A stretch of 64,000 bases of DNA from Polyangiaceae bacterium (GTDB lineage Bacteria; Myxococcota_A; Polyangia; Polyangiales; Polyangiaceae): NCBI GenBank assembly GCA_050287085.1, contig JBNKBE010000001.1:64001-128000 (forward strand). The letters run 5' to 3'. Numbering within the stretch: the first letter of the stretch is position 1; every line of letters starts with the position of its first letter. This document shows, piece by piece, positions 60,637 to 64,000 of the stretch. The position numbers and the translations under genes are program-made. Under the pieces are notes generated by a model. The model was not told the origin of the DNA, searched no databases, and saw only the letters and a list, made by a program, of their open reading frames with translations.

Positions 60637-61710
60637 ATGTCAGTCATGAAACTCAAGCCCGGCGTCGTCACCGGAAACGCCCTGATCGAACTCTACGACT
60701 ACTGCCGCAATGAGCAGTGTGCATTGCCCGCCGTCAATGTCATCGGGTCCAATACGGCCAATGCGGCACTGGCCGCAGCCAAGGCCGCCAAGAGTCCTAT
60801 CATCGTTCAGCTATCGAATGGCGGAGCACAGTTCTATGCTGGCAAGTCGCTCGACAACAGCAAACAGCAAGCGTCGATAGCGGGCGCGATAGCGGGCGCC
60901 CACCACGTCCGCCTGCTTGCCGAAGCCTACGGCGTGGCGGTCATCCTTCACACCGACCATGCTGCCAAGAAGCTACTGCCTTGGATCGATGGCCTGTTGG
61001 ATGCTGGCGAGAAGTACTTTGCTTCATACGGCCAGCCCCTATTTAGCTCCCATATGCTCGATCTGTCGGAGGAGCCGCTCGACGAAAATCTGGAGATCTG
61101 TGCCGGCTATCTGAAGCGAATGGCACCACTCCAAATGCAGTTGGAGATCGAACTTGGCGTCACCGGCGGTGAAGAGGACGGTGTCGACAACAGCGATATC
61201 GACGATTCCAAGCTGTACACCCAGCCTTCGGAGGTACTGCAGGCCTACGACGCCCTCACGCCGCACGGCCGGTTCAGCGTAGCGGCATCCTTCGGCAACA
61301 CCCACGGCGTGTACAAGCCCGGCAACGTGAAGCTCACGCCGGTAATCTTGAAGAACTCTCAGGACGCCATTCAGAAGGAGCGCAAGACGGCGCCCAAGCC
61401 GGTGAACTTTGTCTTCCACGGCGGCTCCGGCTCCACCAAAGAAGAAATCCGCGAAGCGGTTTCCTACGGGGTGATCAAGATGAACATCGACACCGATACG
61501 CAGTGGGCGTTCACTCATCCTGTCAAGCAATACATGGACGACAAAAGTGCCTATCTGCAAGGCCAACTCGGCAACCCCGAGGGCCCCGACGCTCCGAACA
61601 AGAAGCAGATCGACCCGCGCGGTTGGTTGTACCAGGGCGAGAAGGGCATGTCGGCCCGTTTGGTAGAAGCGTTCAAAGACCTCAACTCGTTTGAGAAGTT
61701 CGAGTTCTAG
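60637..61710 (+). CDS. fbaA: Class II fructose-bisphosphate aldolase
   Basis: LPAVNV, SNGGAQF, LHTDHAAKKLLPW, SSHMLDLSEE, ELGVTGGEEDG, FGNTHGVY, FHGGSGS and KMNIDTDTQW. Confidence 0.97.
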   Translation: MSVMKLKPGVVTGNALIELYDYCRNEQCALPAVNVIGSNTANAALAAAKAAKSPIIVQLSNGGAQFYAGKSLDNSKQQASIAGAIAGAHHVRLLAEAYGVAVILHTDHAAKKLLPWIDGLLDAGEKYFASYGQPLFSSHMLDLSEEPLDENLEICAGYLKRMAPLQMQLEIELGVTGGEEDGVDNSDIDDSKLYTQPSEVLQAYDALTPHGRFSVAASFGNTHGVYKPGNVKLTPVILKNSQDAIQKERKTAPKPVNFVFHGGSGSTKEEIREAVSYGVIKMNIDTDTQWAFTHPVKQYMDDKSAYLQGQLGNPEGPDAPNKKQIDPRGWLYQGEKGMSARLVEAFKDLNSFEKFEF

Positions 61711-61885
61711 ACGCCCATAGCCACACGCGGCGATGCGTCAAGAGGCCCATGTCGCCCCTGATTGAGGCGACATGGGCCGAGGAAATTGGGTCGGAGGCGC
61801 GGGCAGCGAGCGGTAGTTCCCGACCGACTACCAATCAAGTTGGGGCCGAGGGTAGCGGAGACGGACTCCTGGCCGCTCCTATGCG

Positions 61886-64000
61886 CTACCCTTCTTCGCT
61901 GCTTCGCAGGCGAGCCAGCGACAAACACACTTCGCTGTAGACCACTGGCGGGACGCTCTCAACGTCGATCTCCGCGCCATCGAGATCGTGAAAACCAAGG
62001 GTCGCGATGGTAACCTCCTCCGACCAATCCTGTACCCCGATGTTGTACCCGGAGTGCTCGACATGGGCCACGAGCCCAACCGCCGGCAGCGGAAGGAAGT
62101 CGACCTGCACTATTCCCTGGTCCATCGGCTCGCCGTGCAACCAGCCCTCCCGCCGTCGCCACGCAACGTAGCGATTGGAGTTGGTATCCAGAGAGCTCAG
62201 TTCCAAGTCCCAGGGGCTACCCGGAATGTAGAAACTGCGCTCGGCCTGGGGCAGCGCAACTGGGATGTCCGGCGCCAGAGGCGAGACCGCATGCATATCG
62301 TCGAGCAGAGGGTGGGCGAGTCGGACCCCAGAGCCGTCCGCGGCGGTGAGATCCGCCCCCCGTCGGAGAAGCCCCGCGCCCGTGCAGAACACCAGTGGTC
62401 TTACGATCTCTGGATAGGCGTCGCGGAGTTCTAAGATCGCCGCCGCGTCGAAGGTTTCGCCTGTGCGGAGCGCCCGTTCGAATAGCTCAACCAGCCGATA
62501 GCGGCCCAGCGGCGAAGCGGGTTCGGTCTTCAGCTCCCTTTCGCTCGCTCGCGCGCCCAGGCTCCAATCCGCCTTCGCCCGCAACTCCGGCCACGAAAGC
62601 CCGCACCGAAACGCTACCCGCTCGGCGCATTCACGCGCCTGCTGCCGCAAGCCACGCGAGGGCAGAAGTTCAGCCCAATACAACAACCACGAAGTTGCCA
62701 GCGGTGATGGGTGCCACTGCAACACCTTGAGATAGGCGCCCGCCGCAACGTGTTCACCCGCCCGCAGACGAGACAACGCTGCGCCGATAGTCTGAATGCT
62801 GTCGTCCGCCGCGAACAGCCAAAGCTGCAACACGGCCCAGCGATGTTTGCTGTCCTTCGCACGCGCCCACCGCTCATGGAGAATCCGAGACCACACAGCC
62901 AGCGTCGTCGAATCGAGCACGCTACGAGCGCTCCGAAGCAAGCGCCCCTTGAGCGATCCTTGGAGCCGCATCGTCCAACTCAGGAGGCCCATCTGCGCCT
63001 CCTGGTTCAACGCAATACCCGACGCCCAATGCACTTCCGGTAGCTCCACGTGACGAAGAAACGCAGGCATGGTCTTCGGCCTAGGTTGAGCCGCAAAGAA
63101 CAACGCCCAACGTTGCTGGAGACTGGAGCCGGCCGGCAGCACTAGGTCCACCGCGCCTACAGCCACGAGCGCTTCAAGCAGATAAGGCCGCACTTGAGGG
63201 CTTCGTTCGCGCTCCAGAGCCCGCTGTAGCGCAGCCAAGCTGTCGGCGCGCCCCCAGATCGCCAGCAGCTCGAGAGCCGCGCAGCGCGTGGCTGGAACGC
63301 CTGCTTCCAACAACCCTTCGATTCGACATCTCAGCGCCTCCGGGGCACTTGTCAGTCGACTCAAGCCATCTACGGAACGCGCCCGCACCGTACGGTTCTG
63401 GTGACCCAATCCAAGGATGAAGAGTTCACTCGCCTCGGCGCGGGCGTGTTCGGCGAGCAGACCGAAGAGGGGTTCCAGATGTTCGCTCTCGCCCCTCCGC
63501 AACACCGACAATATCGGCTCCACCAATAGCGCTCCGGCCTGGGAAAGTGCGCGACGTGGCCGAGCCCAAAACGCCGATCTCACCTTCGGCAGATGAGCGA
63601 AACTCTCGACTGCCTCCCAGACACCAGCCGGATCGCGAGACAACGTCTCAACGACGAAACACCATAGCCGTGTATGGCCGTGCACAATAGCTTGCTCCAA
63701 CTCTGGACGGAGCCAGTACAAGGCAACAGCACCGAGCCGGAGGATCTCGGGACGCAATTCGCTGCTCCAACGCGGCGCTTCGTCTTTCATCCGCTCGCAC
63801 AAGCGTAGAAATCGCTCGCGCTCGCCCGAAGCGTGACCAGCGGCAAGGGCCACCACCTCCGCTCCTCGAGTGCTGACGGGTGGGGTCGCAACGATACGCT
63901 CTGCCAGCGAACGCAATGCTGGCTCTACGCTTGCCGCCTCTTGCAGGGCGGTCCGGACCCACGATGCGGTCGCCGCTCCATGTCCCAGCGTCGTGAGCGC
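61886..64000 (-). CDS. HEAT-repeat protein with C-terminal DUF4132-like domain (5' partial)
   Basis: The frame stays open to the window end (ALTTLGHG...). HEAT-like VRARSVDGL and TRCAALELL. C-terminal LVF...VRLAHPL...Q.ER...GWLHGEPMDQG...VPPVVYSEV. Confidence 0.75.
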   Translation of the reverse strand, partial: ALTTLGHGAATASWVRTALQEAASVEPALRSLAERIVATPPVSTRGAEVVALAAGHASGERERFLRLCERMKDEAPRWSSELRPEILRLGAVALYWLRPELEQAIVHGHTRLWCFVVETLSRDPAGVWEAVESFAHLPKVRSAFWARPRRALSQAGALLVEPILSVLRRGESEHLEPLFGLLAEHARAEASELFILGLGHQNRTVRARSVDGLSRLTSAPEALRCRIEGLLEAGVPATRCAALELLAIWGRADSLAALQRALERERSPQVRPYLLEALVAVGAVDLVLPAGSSLQQRWALFFAAQPRPKTMPAFLRHVELPEVHWASGIALNQEAQMGLLSWTMRLQGSLKGRLLRSARSVLDSTTLAVWSRILHERWARAKDSKHRWAVLQLWLFAADDSIQTIGAALSRLRAGEHVAAGAYLKVLQWHPSPLATSWLLYWAELLPSRGLRQQARECAERVAFRCGLSWPELRAKADWSLGARASERELKTEPASPLGRYRLVELFERALRTGETFDAAAILELRDAYPEIVRPLVFCTGAGLLRRGADLTAADGSGVRLAHPLLDDMHAVSPLAPDIPVALPQAERSFYIPGSPWDLELSSLDTNSNRYVAWRRREGWLHGEPMDQGIVQVDFLPLPAVGLVAHVEHSGYNIGVQDWSEEVTIATLGFHDLDGAEIDVESVPPVVYSEVCLSLARLRSSEEG

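Overview
GC-rich, densely coding chromosomal region of a myxobacterium, most likely Polyangia/Polyangiales. That placement is inferred from the ETDxDCGG Cys-rich protein, FHA-rich genes, a LacI-type sensor without HTH and many lipoproteins. About 45 CDS. Housekeeping genes: metG, plant-type thrC, osmC, rlmE, stand-alone rplC and rplS, class I fumarase, glgB, glgX, ahcY with an upstream SahR-type regulator, and fbaA. Several RNA-modification enzymes are also present (TrmH, RlmI/K-like, RlhA-like U32, DTW/TapT). Most notable: (i) a DUF2760 + two atypical Hsp70 module, where DUF2760 has a GrpE-like C-terminus, running into HAD-RlhA-TapT; (ii) a three-gene FHA cluster (Zn-ribbon-FHA, exported vWA-TM-FHA, 3xFHA-ABCG exporter); (iii) rplC and rplS outside their usual operons, back to back with long leaders; (iv) a short MITE/REP-like element sitting at stop codons; (v) two GH130 mannoside phosphorylases flanking glgB/glgX; (vi) a Cys-rich lipoprotein ending in a CBM3-like module, divergent from a lipoprotein with NlpC/P60-like motifs. 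No rRNA, tRNA, CRISPR array, transposase or integrase was recognised. All family calls come from reading motifs by eye; no database searches were run.
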